Below the pieces are notes generated by a model, which was not told the origin of the DNA, did not search any database, and worked only from the letters and a program-made list of their open reading frames with translations. From Eledone cirrhosa (taxonomy: Eukaryota): a stretch of 64,000 nucleotides of DNA. A program made the position numbers and the translations under genes. The stretch lies in NCBI GenBank assembly GCA_964016885.1, contig OZ024743.1:211234001-211298000 (forward strand), in the 5' to 3' direction. How positions within the stretch are numbered: position 1 is the first letter of the stretch; each line of letters starts with the position of its first letter. Positions 40,311-54,829 of this stretch are shown piece after piece.

Positions 40311-43300
40311 AGCCACGAATTCACTGAATTGAGAGATCACAGCTCTGATATTACAGACATGTGGTTAGAATGTCTGAGGAAAGAATCACTAGAGAGCTGT
40401 TCCAGGTAGAGCCACTAATTCACTGAATTGAGAGATCACAGCTCTGATATTACAGACATGTTGTTAGAATGTCTGAGGAAAGAATCACTAGAGAGCTGTT
40501 CCAGGTAGAGCCACTAATTCACTGAATTGAGAGATCACAGCTCTGATATTACAGACATGGGGTTAGAATGTCTGAGGAAAGAATCACTAGAGAGCTGTTC
40601 CAGGTAGAGCCGCTAATTCACTGAATTGAGAGATCATAGCTCTGATACTACAGACATGAGGTTAGAATGTCTGAGGAAAGAATCACTAGAGAGCTGTTCC
40701 AGGTAGAGCCGCTAATTCACTCAATTGAGAGATCATAGCTCTGATACTACAGACATGTGGTTAGAATGTCTGAGGAAAGAATCACTAGAGAGCTGTTCCA
40801 GGTAGAGCCACTAATTCACTGAATTGAGAGATCACAGCTCTGATATTACAGACATGTGGTTAGAATGTCTCAGGAAAGAATCACTAGAGACCTGTTCCAG
40901 GTAGAGCCACTAATTGACTGAATTGAGAGATCACAGCTCTGATATTACAGACATGTGGTTAGAATGTCTGAGGAAAGAATCACTAGAAAGCTGTTCCAGG
41001 TAGAGCCACTAATTCACTGAATTGAGAGATCACAGCTCTGATATTACAGACATGTGGTTAGAATGTCTGAGGAAAGAATCACTAGAGAGCTGTTCCAGGT
41101 AGAGCCACTAATTCACTGAATTGAGACATTACAGCTCTGATATTACAGACATGTGGTTAGAATGTCTGTGTAAAGAATCACTGGAGAGCTGTTCCAGGTA
41201 GAGCCACTAATTCACTGAATTGAGAGATCACAGCTCTGATATTACAGACATGTGGTTAGAATGTCTGAAGAAAGAATCACTAGAGAGCTGTTCCAGGTAG
41301 AGCCACTAATTCACTGAATTGAGAGATCACAGCTCTGATATTACAGACATGAGGTTGGAATGTCTGAGGAAAGAATCACTAGAGAGCTGTTCCAGGTAGA
41401 GCCACTAATTCACTGAATTGAGAGATCACAGCTCTGATATTACAGACATGTGGTTAGAATGTCTGAAGAAAGAATCACTAGAGAGCTGTTCCAGGTAGAG
41501 CCACTAGTTCACTGAATTGAGAGATCACAGCTCTGATATTACAGACATGTGGTTAGAATGTCTGAGGAAAGAATCACTGGAGAGCTGTTCCAGGTAGAGC
41601 CGCTAATTCACTGAATTGAGAGATCATAGCTCTGATACTACAGACATGCGGTTAGAATGTCTGAGGAAAGAATCACTAGAGAGCTGTTCCTGGTAGAGCC
41701 GCTAATTCACTGAATTGAGAGATCATAGCTCTGATACTACAGACATGTGGTTAGAATGTCTGAGGAAAGAATCACTAGAGAGCTGTTCCAGGTAGAGCCA
41801 CTAATTCACTGAATTGAGAGATCACAGCTCTGATATTACAGACATGGGGTTAGAATGTCTCAGGAAAGAATCACTAGAGAGCTGTTCAAGGTAGAGCCAC
41901 TAATTCACTGAATTGAGAGATCACAGCTCTGATATTACAGACATGTGGTTAGAATGTCTCAGGAAAGAATCACTAGAGACCTGTTCCAGGTAGAGCCGCT
42001 AATTCACTGAATTGAGAGATCATAGCTCTGATACTACAGATATGTGGTTAGAATGTCTGAGGAAAGAATCACTAGAGAGCTGTTCCAGGTAGAGCCACTA
42101 ATTCACTGAATTGAGAGATCACAGCTCTGATATTACAGACAGGGGGTTAGAATGTCTGAGGAAAGTATCACTAGAGAGCTGTTCCAGGTAGAGCCGCTAA
42201 TTCACTGAATCGAGAGATCATAGCTCTGATACTACAGACATGCGGTTAGAATGTCTGAGGAAAGAATCACGAGAGAGCTGTTCCAGGTAGAGCCGCTAAT
42301 TCACTGAATTGAGAGATCATAGCTCTGATACTACAGACATGTGGTTGAATGTCTGAGGAAAAATCACTAGAGAGCCGTTCCAGGTAGAGCCACTAATTTA
42401 CTGAATTGAGAGATCACAGCTCTGATATTACAGACATGGGGTTAGAATGTCTGAGGAAAGAATCACTAGAGAGCTGTTCCAGGTAGAGCCGCTAATTCAC
42501 TGAATTGAGAGATCATAGCTCTGATACTACAGACATGAGGTTAGAATGTCTGAGGAAAGAATCACTAGAGAGCTGTTCCAGGTAGAGCCGCTAATTCACT
42601 GAATTGAGAGATCATAGCTCTGATACTACAGATATGTGGTTAGAATGTCTGAGGAAAGAATCACTAGAGAGCTGTTCCAGGTAGAGCCACTAATTCACTG
42701 AATTGAGAGATCACAGCTCTGATATTACAGACATGTGGTTAGAATGTCTGAGTAAAGAATCACTGGAGAGCTGTTCCAGGTAGAGCCACGAATTCACTGA
42801 ATTGAGAGATCACAGCTCTGATATTACAGACATGTGGTTAGAATGTCTGAGGAAAGAATCACTAGAGAGCTGTTCCAGGTAGAGCCACTAATTCACTGAA
42901 TTGAGAGATCACAGCTCTGATATTACAGACATGTTGTTAGAATGTCTGAGGAAAGAATCACTAGAGAGCTGTTCCAGGTAGAGCCACTAATTCACTGAAT
43001 TGAGAGATCACAGCTCTGATATTACAGACATGGGGTTAGAATGTCTGAGGAAAGAATCACTGGAGAGCTGTTCCAGGTAGAGCCACTAATTCACTGAATT
43101 GAGAGATTACAGCTCTGATATTACAGACAGGGGGTTAGAATGTCTGAGGAAAGAATCACTGGAGAGCTGTTCCAGGTAGAGCCGCTAATTCACTGAATTG
43201 AGAGATCATAGCTCTGATACTACAGACATGCGGTTAGAATGTCTGAGGAAAGAATCACTAGAGAGCTGTTCCAGGTAGAGCCGCTAATTCACTGAATTGA

Positions 43301-43689
43301 GAGATCATAGCTCTGATACTACAGACATGTGGTTAGAATGTCTGAGGAAAGAATCACTAGAGAGCTGTTCCAGGTAGAGCCACTAATTCACTGAATTGAG
43401 AGATCACAGCTCTGATATTACAGACATGGGGTTAGAATGTCTGAGGAAAGAATCACTAGAGAGCTGTTCCAGGTAGAGCCGCTAATTCACTGAATTGAGA
43501 GATCATAGCTCTGATACTACAGACATGAGGTTAGAATGTCTGAGGAAAGAATCACTAGAGAGCTGTTCCAGGTAGAGCCGCTAATTCACTCAATTGAGAG
43601 ATCATAGCTCTGATACTACAGACATGTGGTTAGAATGTCTGAGGAAAGAATCACTAGAGAGCTGTTCCAGGTAGAGCCACTAATTCACT

Positions 43690-46600
43690 GAATTGAGAGA
43701 TCACAGCTCTGATATTACAGACATGTGGTTAGAATGTCTCAGGAAAGAATCACTAGAGACCTGTTCCAGGTAGAGCCACTAATTGACTGAATTGAGAGAT
43801 CACAGCTCTGATATTACAGACATGTGGTTAGAATGTCTGAGGAAAGAATCACTAGAGAGCTGTTCCAGGTAGAGCCACTAATTCACTGAATTGAGAGATC
43901 ACAGCTCTGATATTACAGACATGTGGTTAGAATGTCTGAGGAAAGAATCACTAGAGAGCTGTTCCAGGTAGAGCCACTAATTCACTGAATTGAGACATTA
44001 CAGCTCTGATATTACAGACATGGGGTTAGAATGTCTGTGTAAAGAATCACTGGAGAGCTGTTCCAGGTAGAGCCACTAATTCACTGAATTGAGAGATCAC
44101 AGCTCTGATATTACAGACATGTGGTTAGAATGTCTGAAGAAAGAATCACTAGAGAGCTGTTCCAGGTAGAGCCACTAATTCACTGAATTGAGAGATCACA
44201 GCTCTGATATTACAGACATGAGGTTGGAATGTCTGAGGAAAGAATCACTAGAGAGCTGTTCCAGGTAGAGCCACTAATTCACTGAATTGAGAGATCACAG
44301 CTCTGATATTACAGACATGTGGTTAGAATGTCTGAAGAAAGAATCACTAGAGAGCTGTTCCAGGTAGAGCCACTAGTTCACTGAATTGAGAGATCACAGC
44401 TCTGATATTACAGACATGTGGTTAGAATGTCTGAGGAAAGAATCACTGGAGAGCTGTTCCAGGTAGAGCCGCTAATTCACTGAATTGAGAGATCATAGCT
44501 CTGATACTACAGACATGCGGTTAGAATGTCTGAGGAAAGAATCACTAGAGAGCTGTTCCTGGTAGAGCCGCTAATTCACTGAATTGAGAGATCATAGCTC
44601 TGATACTACAGACATGTGGTTAGAATGTCTGAGGAAAGAATCACTAGAGAGCTGTTCCAGGTAGAGCCACTAATTCACTGAATTGAGAGATCACAGCTCT
44701 GATATTACAGACATGGGGTTAGAATGTCTCAGGAAAGAATCACTAGAGAGCTGTTCAAGGTAGAGCCACTAATTCACTGAATTGAGAGATCACAGCTCTG
44801 ATATTACAGACATGTGGTTAGAATGTCTCAGGAAAGAATCACTAGAGACCTGTTCCAGGTAGAGCCGCTAATTGACTGAATTGAGAGATCACAGCTCTGA
44901 TATTACAGACATGTGGTTAGAATGTCTGTGTAAAGAATCACTGGAGAGCTGTTCCAGGTAGAGCCACTAATTCACTGAATTGAGAGATCACAGCTCTGAT
45001 ATTACAGACATGTGGTTGGAATGTCTGAGGAAAGAATCACTAGAGAGCTGTTCCAGGTAGAGCCACTAATTCACTGAATTGAGAGATCACAGCTCTGATA
45101 TTACAGACATGTGGTTAGAATGTCTGAAGAAAGAATCACTAGAGAGCTGTTCCAGGTAGAGCCACTAGTTCACTGAATTGAGAGATCACAGCTCTGATAT
45201 TACAGACATGTGGTTAGAATGTCTGAGGAAAGAATCACTGGAGAGCTGTTCCAGGTAGAGCCGCTAATTCACTGAATTGAGAGATCATAGCTCTGATACT
45301 ACAGACATGCGGTTAGAATGTCTGAGGAAAGAATCACTAGAGAGCTGTTCCAGGTAGAGCCGCTAATTCACTGAATTGAGAGATCATAGCTCTGATATTA
45401 CAGACATGTGGTTAGAATGTCTGAGGAAAGAATCACTAGAGAGCTGTTCCAGGTAGAGCCGCTAATTCACTGAATTGAGAGATCATAGCTCTGATACTAC
45501 AGACATGTGGTTAGAATGTCTGAGGGAAGAATCACTAGAGAGCTGTTCCAGGTAGAGCCAATAATTCACTGAATTGAGAGATCATGGCTCTGATACTATA
45601 GACATGTGGTTAGAATGTCTGAGGAAAGAATCACTAGAGAGCTGTTCGAGGTAGAGCCACTAATTCACTGAATTGAGAGATCACAGCTCTGATATTACAG
45701 ACATGGGGTTAGAATGTCTCAGGAAAGAATCACTAGACAGCTGTTCAAGGTAGAGCCACTAATTCCCTGAATTGAGAGATCACAGCTCTGATAATACAGA
45801 CATGTGGTTAGAATGTCTGAGGAAAGAATGACTGGAGAGCTGTTCCAGGTAGAGCCACTAATTCACTGAATTGAGAGATCACAGCTCTGATATTACAGAC
45901 ATGTGGTTAGAATGTCTGAGGAAAGAATCACTAGAGAGCTGTTCCAGGTAGAGCCACTAATTCACTGAATTGAGACATTACAGCTCTGATATTACAGACA
46001 TGTGGTTAGAATGTCTGAGGAAAGAATCACTAGAGAGCTGTTCCAGGTAGAGCCGCTAATTCACTGAATTGAGAGATCATAGCTCTGGTACTACAGACAT
46101 GTGGTTAGAATGTCTGAGGAAAGAATCACTAGAGAGCTGTTCCAGGTAGAGCCACTAATTCACTGAATTGAGAGATCACAGCTCTGATATTACAGACATG
46201 TGGTTAGAATGTCTGCGGAAAGAATCACTGGAGAGCTGTTCCAGGTAGAGCCACTAATTCACTGAATTGAGAGATCACAGCTCTGATATTACAGACATGG
46301 GGTTAGAATGACTGAGGAAAGAATCACTAGAGAGCTGTTCCAGGTAGAGCCGCTAATTCACTGAATTGAGAGATCATAGCTCTGATACTACAGACATGCG
46401 GTTAGAATGTCTGAGGAAAGTATCACTAGAGAGCTGTTCGAGGTAGAGCCGCTAATTCACTGAATTGAGAGATCATAGCTCTGATATTACAGACATGTGG
46501 TTAGAATGTCTCAGGAAAGAATCACTGGAGAGCTGTTCCAGGTAGAGCCACTAATTCACTGAATTGAGAGATCACAGCTCTGATATTACAGACATGTGGT

Positions 46601-49600
46601 TAGAATGTCTGAGGAAAGAATCACTAGAGAGCTGTTCCAGGTAGAGCCACTAATTCACTGAATTGAGACATTACAGCTCTGATATTACAGACATGGGGTT
46701 AGAATGTCTGTGTAAAGAATCACTGGAGAGCTGTTCCAGGTAGAGCCACTAATTCACTGAATTGAGAGATCACAGCTCTGATATTACAGACATGTGGTTA
46801 GAATGTCTCAGGAAAGAATCACTAGAGACCTGTTCCAGGTAGAGCCACTAATTGACTGAATTGAGAGATCACAGCTCTGATATTACAGACATGTGGTTAG
46901 AATGTCTGAGGAAAGAATCACTAGAGAGCTGTTCCAGGTAGAGCCACTAATTCACTGAATTGAGAGATCACAGCTCTGATATTACAGACATGTGGTTAGA
47001 ATGTCTGAGGAAAGAATCACTAGAGAGCTGTTCCAGGTAGAGCCACTAATTCACTGAATTGAGACATTACAGCTCTGATATTACAGACATGGGGTTAGAA
47101 TGTCTGTGTAAAGAATCACTGGAGAGCTGTTCCAGGTAGAGCCACTAATTCACTGAATTGAGAGATCACAGCTCTGATATTACAGACATGTGGTTAGAAT
47201 GTCTGAAGAAAGAATCACTAGAGAGCTGTTCCAGGTAGAGCCACTAATTCACTGAATTGAGAGATCACAGCTCTGATATTACAGACATGAGGTTGGAATG
47301 TCTGAGGAAAGAATCACTAGAGAGCTGTTCCAGGTAGAGCCACTAATTCACTGAATTGAGAGATCACAGCTCTGATATTACAGACATGTGGTTAGAATGT
47401 CTGAAGAAAGAATCACTAGAGAGCTGTTCCAGGTAGAGCCACTAGTTCACTGAATTGAGAGATCACAGCTCTGATATTACAGACATGTGGTTAGAATGTC
47501 TGAGGAAAGAATCACTGGAGAGCTGTTCCAGGTAGAGCCGCTAATTCACTGAATTGAGAGATCATAGCTCTGATACTACAGACATGCGGTTAGAATGTCT
47601 GAGGAAAGAATCACTAGAGAGCTGTTCCTGGTAGAGCCGCTAATTCACTGAATTGAGAGATCATAGCTCTGATACTACAGACATGTGGTTAGAATGTCTG
47701 AGGAAAGAATCACTAGAGAGCTGTTCCAGGTAGAGCCACTAATTCACTGAATTGAGAGATCACAGCTCTGATATTACAGACATGGGGTTAGAATGTCTCA
47801 GGAAAGAATCACTAGAGAGCTGTTCAAGGTAGAGCCACTAATTCACTGAATTGAGAGATCACAGCTCTGATATTACAGACATGTGGTTAGAATGTCTCAG
47901 GAAAGAATCACTAGAGACCTGTTCCAGGTAGAGCCGCTAATTGACTGAATTGAGAGATCACAGCTCTGATATTACAGACATGTGGTTAGAATGTCTGTGT
48001 AAAGAATCACTGGAGAGCTGTTCCAGGTAGAGCCACTAATTCACTGAATTGAGAGATCACAGCTCTGATATTACAGACATGTGGTTGGAATGTCTGAGGA
48101 AAGAATCACTAGAGAGCTGTTCCAGGTAGAGCCACTAATTCACTGAATTGAGAGATCACAGCTCTGATATTACAGACATGTGGTTAGAATGTCTGAAGAA
48201 AGAATCACTAGAGAGCTGTTCCAGGTAGAGCCACTAGTTCACTGAATTGAGAGATCACAGCTCTGATATTACAGACATGTGGTTAGAATGTCTGAGGAAA
48301 GAATCACTGGAGAGCTGTTCCAGGTAGAGCCGCTAATTCACTGAATTGAGAGATCATAGCTCTGATACTACAGACATGCGGTTAGAATGTCTGAGGAAAG
48401 AATCACTAGAGAGCTGTTCCAGGTAGAGCCGCTAATTCACTGAATTGAGAGATCATAGCTCTGATATTACAGACATGTGGTTAGAATGTCTGAGGAAAGA
48501 ATCACTAGAGAGCTGTTCCAGGTAGAGCCGCTAATTCACTGAATTGAGAGATCATAGCTCTGATACTACAGACATGTGGTTAGAATGTCTGAGGGAAGAA
48601 TCACTAGAGAGCTGTTCCAGGTAGAGCCAATAATTCACTGAATTGAGAGATCATGGCTCTGATACTATAGACATGTGGTTAGAATGTCTGAGGAAAGAAT
48701 CACTAGAGAGCTGTTCGAGGTAGAGCCACTAATTCACTGAATTGAGAGATCACAGCTCTGATATTACAGACATGGGGTTAGAATGTCTCAGGAAAGAATC
48801 ACTAGACAGCTGTTCAAGGTAGAGCCACTAATTCCCTGAATTGAGAGATCACAGCTCTGATAATACAGACATGTGGTTAGAATGTCTGAGGAAAGAATGA
48901 CTGGAGAGCTGTTCCAGGTAGAGCCACTAATTCACTGAATTGAGAGATCACAGCTCTGATATTACAGACATGTGGTTAGAATGTCTGAGGAAAGAATCAC
49001 TAGAGAGCTGTTCCAGGTAGAGCCACTAATTCACTGAATTGAGACATTACAGCTCTGATATTACAGACATGTGGTTAGAATGTCTGAGGAAAGAATCACT
49101 AGAGAGCTGTTCCAGGTAGAGCCGCTAATTCACTGAATTGAGAGATCATAGCTCTGGTACTACAGACATGTGGTTAGAATGTCTGAGGAAAGAATCACTA
49201 GAGAGCTGTTCCAGGTAGAGCCACTAATTCACTGAATTGAGAGATCACAGCTCTGATATTACAGACATGTGGTTAGAATGTCTGCGGAAAGAATCACTGG
49301 AGAGCTGTTCCAGGTAGAGCCACTAATTCACTGAATTGAGAGATCACAGCTCTGATATTACAGACATGGGGTTAGAATGACTGAGGAAAGAATCACTAGA
49401 GAGCTGTTCCAGGTAGAGCCGCTAATTCACTGAATTGAGAGATCATAGCTCTGATACTACAGACATGCGGTTAGAATGTCTGAGGAAAGTATCACTAGAG
49501 AGCTGTTCGAGGTAGAGCCGCTAATTCACTGAATTGAGAGATCATAGCTCTGATATTACAGACATGTGGTTAGAATGTCTCAGGAAAGAATCACTGGAGA

Positions 49601-49700
49601 GCTGTTCCAGGTAGAGCCACTAATTCACTGAATTGAGAGATCACAGCTCTGATATTACAGACATGTGGTTAGAATGTCTGAGGAAAGAATCACTAGAGAG
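43690..49700. repeat. 31-monomer (3069 bp) tandem duplication
   Basis: AGCTGTTCCTGG at 44551/47620 and AATTCCCTGA at 45761/48830 (offset 3069). GTTCGAGG, CTCTGGTAC and TCTGCGG are also paired. Confidence 0.9.
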
Positions 49701-50739
49701 CCGTTCCAGATAGAGCCGCTAATTCACTGAATTGAGAGATCACAGCTCTGATATTACAGACATGTGGTTAGAATGTCTGAGGAAAGAATCACTAGAGAGC
49801 TGTTCCAGGTAGAGCCACTAATTCACTGAATTGAGAGATCATAGCTCTGATACTACAGACATGTGGTTAGAATGTCTGAGGAAAGAATCACTAGAGAGCT
49901 GTTCCAGGTAGAGCCACTAATTCACTGAATTGAGAGATTACAGCTCTGATATTACAGACAGGTGGTTAGAATGTCTGAGGAAAGAATCACTAGAGAGCTG
50001 TTCCAGGTAGAGCCACTAATTCACTGAATTGAGAGATCACAGCTCTGATACTACAGACATGTGGTTAGAATGTCTGAGGAAAGAATCACTGGAGAGCTGT
50101 TCCAGGTAGAGCCGCTAATTCACTGAATTGAGAGATCATAGCTCTGATACTACAGACATGCGGTTAGAATGTCTGAGGAAAGAATCATTAGAGAGCTGTT
50201 CCAGGTAGAGCCGCTAATTCACTGAATTGAGAGATCATAGCTCTGATACTACAGACATGCGGTTAGAATGTCTGAGGAAAGAATCACTAGAGAGCTGTTC
50301 CAGGTAGAGCCGCTAATTCACTGAATTGAGAGATCATAGCTCTGATATTACAGACATGTGGTTAGAATGTCTGAGGAAAGAATCACTAGAGAGCTGTTCC
50401 AGGTAGAGCCGCTAATTCACTGAATTGAGAGATCATAGCTCTGATACTACAGACATGTGGTTAGAATGTCTGAGGGAAGAATCACTAGAGAGCTGTTCCA
50501 GGTAGAGCCAATAATTCACTGAATTGAGAGATCATGGCTCTGATACTATAGACATGTGGTTAGAATGTCTGAGGAAAGAATCACTAGAGAGCTGTTCGAG
50601 GTAGAGCCACTAATTCACTGAATTGAGAGATCACAGCTCTGATATTACAGACATGGGGTTAGAATGTCTCAGGAAAGAATCACTAGACAGCTGTTCAAGG
50701 TAGAGCCACTAATTCCCTGAATTGAGAGATCACAGCTCT

Positions 50740-51300
50740 GATAATACAGACATGTGGTTAGAATGTCTGAGGAAAGAATGACTGGAGAGCTGTTCCAGGT
50801 AGAGCCACTAATTCACTGAATTGAGAGATCATAGCTCTGATACTACAGACATGTGGTTAGAATGTCTGAGGGAAGAATCACTAGAGAGCTGTTCCAGGTA
50901 GAGCCACTAATTCACTGAATTGAGAGATCACAGCTCTGATACTACAGACATGTGGTTAGAATGTCTGAGGAAAGAATCACTGGAGAGCTGTTCCAGGTAG
51001 AGCCACTAATTCACTGAATTGAGAGATTACAGCTCTGATAATACAGACATGTGGTTAGAATGTCTGAGGAAAGAATGACTGGAGAGCTGTTCCAGGTAGA
51101 GCCACTAATTCACTGAATTGAGAGATCATAGCTCTGATACTACAGACATGTGGTTAGAATGTCTGAGGGAAGAATCACTAGAGAGCTGTTCCAGGTAGAG
51201 CCACTAATTCACTGAATTGAGAGATCACAGCTCTGATACTACAGACATGTGGTTAGAATGTCTGAGGAAAGAATCACTGGAGAGCTGTTCCAGGTAGAGC
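50740..51300. repeat. 3-monomer (297 bp) tandem duplication
   Basis: ATAATACAG at 50741/51038, each followed by GAATGACTGG and GAGGGAAG. Confidence 0.75.
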
Positions 51301-54300
51301 CGCTAATTCACTGAATTGAGAGATCATAGCTCTGATACTACAGACATGCGGTTAGAATGTCTGAGGAAAGAATCACTAGAGAGCTGTTCCAGGTAGAGCC
51401 GCTAATTCACTGAATTGAGAGATCATAGCTCTGATATTACAGACATGTGGTTAGAATGTCTGAGGAAAGAATCACTAGAGAGCTGTTCCAGGTAGAGCCG
51501 CTAATTCACTGAATTGAGAGATCATAGCTCTGATACTACAGACATGTGGTTAGAATGTCTGAGGGAAGAATCACTAGAGAGCTGTTCCAGGTAGAGCCAA
51601 TAATTCACTGAATTGAGAGATCATGGCTCTGATACTATAGACATGTGGTTAGAATGTCTGAGGAAAGAATCACTAGAGAGCTGTTCCAGGTAGAGCCACT
51701 AATTCACTGAATTGAGAGATCACAGCTCTGATATTACAGACATGGGGTTAGAATGTCTCAGGAAAGAATCACTAGAGAGCTGTTCAAGGTAGAGCCACTA
51801 ATTCACTGAATTGAGAGATCACAGCTCTGATAATACAGACATGTGGTTAGAATGTCTGAGGAAAGAATGACTGGAGAGCTGTTCCAGGTAGAGCCACTAA
51901 TTCACTGAATTGAGAGATCACAGCTCTGATATTACAGACATGTGGTTAGAATGTCTGAGGAAAGAATCACTAGAGAGCTGTTCCAGGTAGAGCCACTAAT
52001 TCACTGAATTGAGACATTACAGCTCTGATATTACAGACATGTGGTTAGAATGTCTGAGGAAAGAATCACTAGAGAGCTGTTCCAGGTAGAGCCGCTAATT
52101 CACTGAATTGAGAGATCATAGCTCTGATACTACAGACATGTGGTTAGAATGTCTGAGGAAAGAATCACTAGAGAGCTGTTCCAGGTAGAGCCACTAATTC
52201 ACTGAATTGAGAGATCACAGCTCTGATATTACAGACATGTGGTTAGAATGTCTGCGGAAAGAATCACTGGAGAGCTGTTCCAGGTAGAGCCACTAATTCA
52301 CTGAATTGAGAGATCACAGCTCTGATATTACAGACATGGGGTTAGAATGACTGAGGAAAGAATCACTAGAGAGCTGTTCCAGGTAGAGCCGCTAATTCAC
52401 TGAATTGAGAGATCATAGCTCTGATACTACAGACATGCGGTTAGAATGTCTGAGGAAAGTATCACTAGAGAGCTGTTCCAGGTAGAGCCGCTAATTCACT
52501 GAATTTAGAGATCATAGCTCTGATATTACAGACATGTGGTTAGAATGTCTCAGGAAAGAATCACTGGAGAGCTGTTCCAGGTAGAGCCACTAATTCACTG
52601 AATTGAGAGATCACAGCTCTGATATTACAGACATGTGGTTAGAATGTCTGAGGAAAGAATAACTAGAGAGCCGTTCCAGATAGAGCCGCTAATTCACTGA
52701 ATTGAGAGATCACAGCTCTGATATTACAGACATGTGGTTAGAATGTCTGAGGAAAGAATCACTAGAGAGCTGTTCCAGGTAGAGCCACTAATTCACTGAA
52801 TTGAGAGATCATAGCTCTGATACTACAAACATGTGGTTAGAATGTCTGAGGAAAGAATCACTAGAGAGCTGTTCCAGGTAGAGCCACTAATTCACTGAAT
52901 TGAGAGATTACAGCTCTGATATTACAGACAGGTGGTTAGAATGTCTGAGGAAAGAATCACTAGAGAGCTGTTCCAGGTAGAGCCACTAATTCACTGAATT
53001 GAGAGATCACAGCTCTGATAATACAGACATGTGGTTAGAATGTCTGTGTAAAGAATCACTGGAGAGCTGTTCCAGGTAGAGCCACTAATTCACTGAATTG
53101 AGAGATCACAGCTCTGATATTACAGACATGTGGTTAGAATGTCTGAGGAAAGAATCACTAGAGAGCCGTTCCAGATAGAGCCGCTAATTCACTGAATTGA
53201 GAGATCACAGCTCTGATATTACAGACATGTGGTTAGAATGTCTGAGGAAAGAATCACTAGAGAGCTGTTCCAGGTAGAGCCACTAATTCACTGAATTGAG
53301 AGATCATAGCTCTGATACTACAGACATGTGGTTAGAATGTCTGAGGAAAGAATCACTAGAGAGCTGTTCCAGGTAGAGCCACTAATTCACTGAATTGAGA
53401 GATTACAGCTCTGATATTACAGACAGGTGGTTAGAATGTCTGAGGAAAGAATCACTAGAGAGCTGTTCCAGGTAGAGCCGCTAATTCACTGAATTGAGAG
53501 ATCATAGCTCTGATACTACAGACATGTGGTTAGAATGTCTGAGGGAAGAATCACTAGAGAGCTGTTCCAGGTAGAGCCACTAGTTCACTGAATTGAGAGA
53601 TCACAGCTCTGATATTACAGTCATGTGGTTAGAATGTCTGCGGAAAGAATCACTGGAGAGCTGTTCCAGGTAGAGCCACTAATTCACTGAATTGAGAGAT
53701 CACAGCTCTGATATTACAGACATGGGGTTAGAATGACTGAGGAAAGAATCACTAGAGAGCTGTTCCAGGTAGAGCCGCTAATTCACTGAATTGAGAGATC
53801 ACAGCTCTGATATTACAGACATGTGGTTAGAATGTCTGAGGAAAGAATCACTAGAGAGCTGTTCCAGGTAGAGCCACTAATTCACTGAATTGAGACATTA
53901 CAGCTCTGATATTACAGACATGTGGTTAGAATGTCTGTGTAAAGAATCACTAGAGAGCTGTTCCAGGTAGAGCCACTAGTTCACTGAATTGAGAGATCAC
54001 AGCTCTGATATTACAGACATGTGGTTAGAATGTCTGAGGAAAGAATCACTGGAGAGCTGTTCCAGGTAGAGCCGCTAATTCACTGAATTGAGAGATCATA
54101 GCTCTGATACTACAGACATGCGGTTAGAATGTCTGAGGAAAGAATCACTAGAGAGCTGTTCCTGGTAGAGCCGCTAATTCACTGAATTGAGAGATCATAG
54201 CTCTGATACTACAGACATGTGGTTAGAATGTCTGAGGAAAGAATCACTAGAGAGCTGTTCCAGGTAGAGCCACTAATTCACTGAATTGAGAGATCACAGC

Positions 54301-54829
54301 TCTGATATTACAGACATGGGGTTAGAATGTCTCAGGAAAGAATCACTAGAGAGCTGTTCAAGGTAGAGCCACTAATTCACTGAATTGAGAGATCACAGCT
54401 CTGATATTACAGACATGTGGTTAGAATGTCTCAGGAAAGAATCACTAGAGACCTGTTCCAGGTAGAGCCACTAATTGACTGAATTGAGAGATCACAGCTC
54501 TGATATTACAGACATGTGGTTAGAATGTCTGTGTAAAGAATCACTGGAGAGCTGTTCCAGGTAGAGCCACTAATTCACTGAATTGAGAGATCACAGCTCT
54601 GATATTACAGACATGTGGTTGGAATGTCTGAGGAAAGAATCACTAGAGAGCTGTTCCAGGTAGAGCCACTAATTCACTGAATTGAGAGATCACAGCTCTG
54701 ATATTACAGACATGTGGTTAGAATGTCTGAAGAAAGAATCACTAGAGAGCTGTTCCAGGTAGAGCCACTAGTTCACTGAATTGAGAGATCACAGCTCTGA
54801 TATTACAGACATGTGGTTAGAATGTCTGA

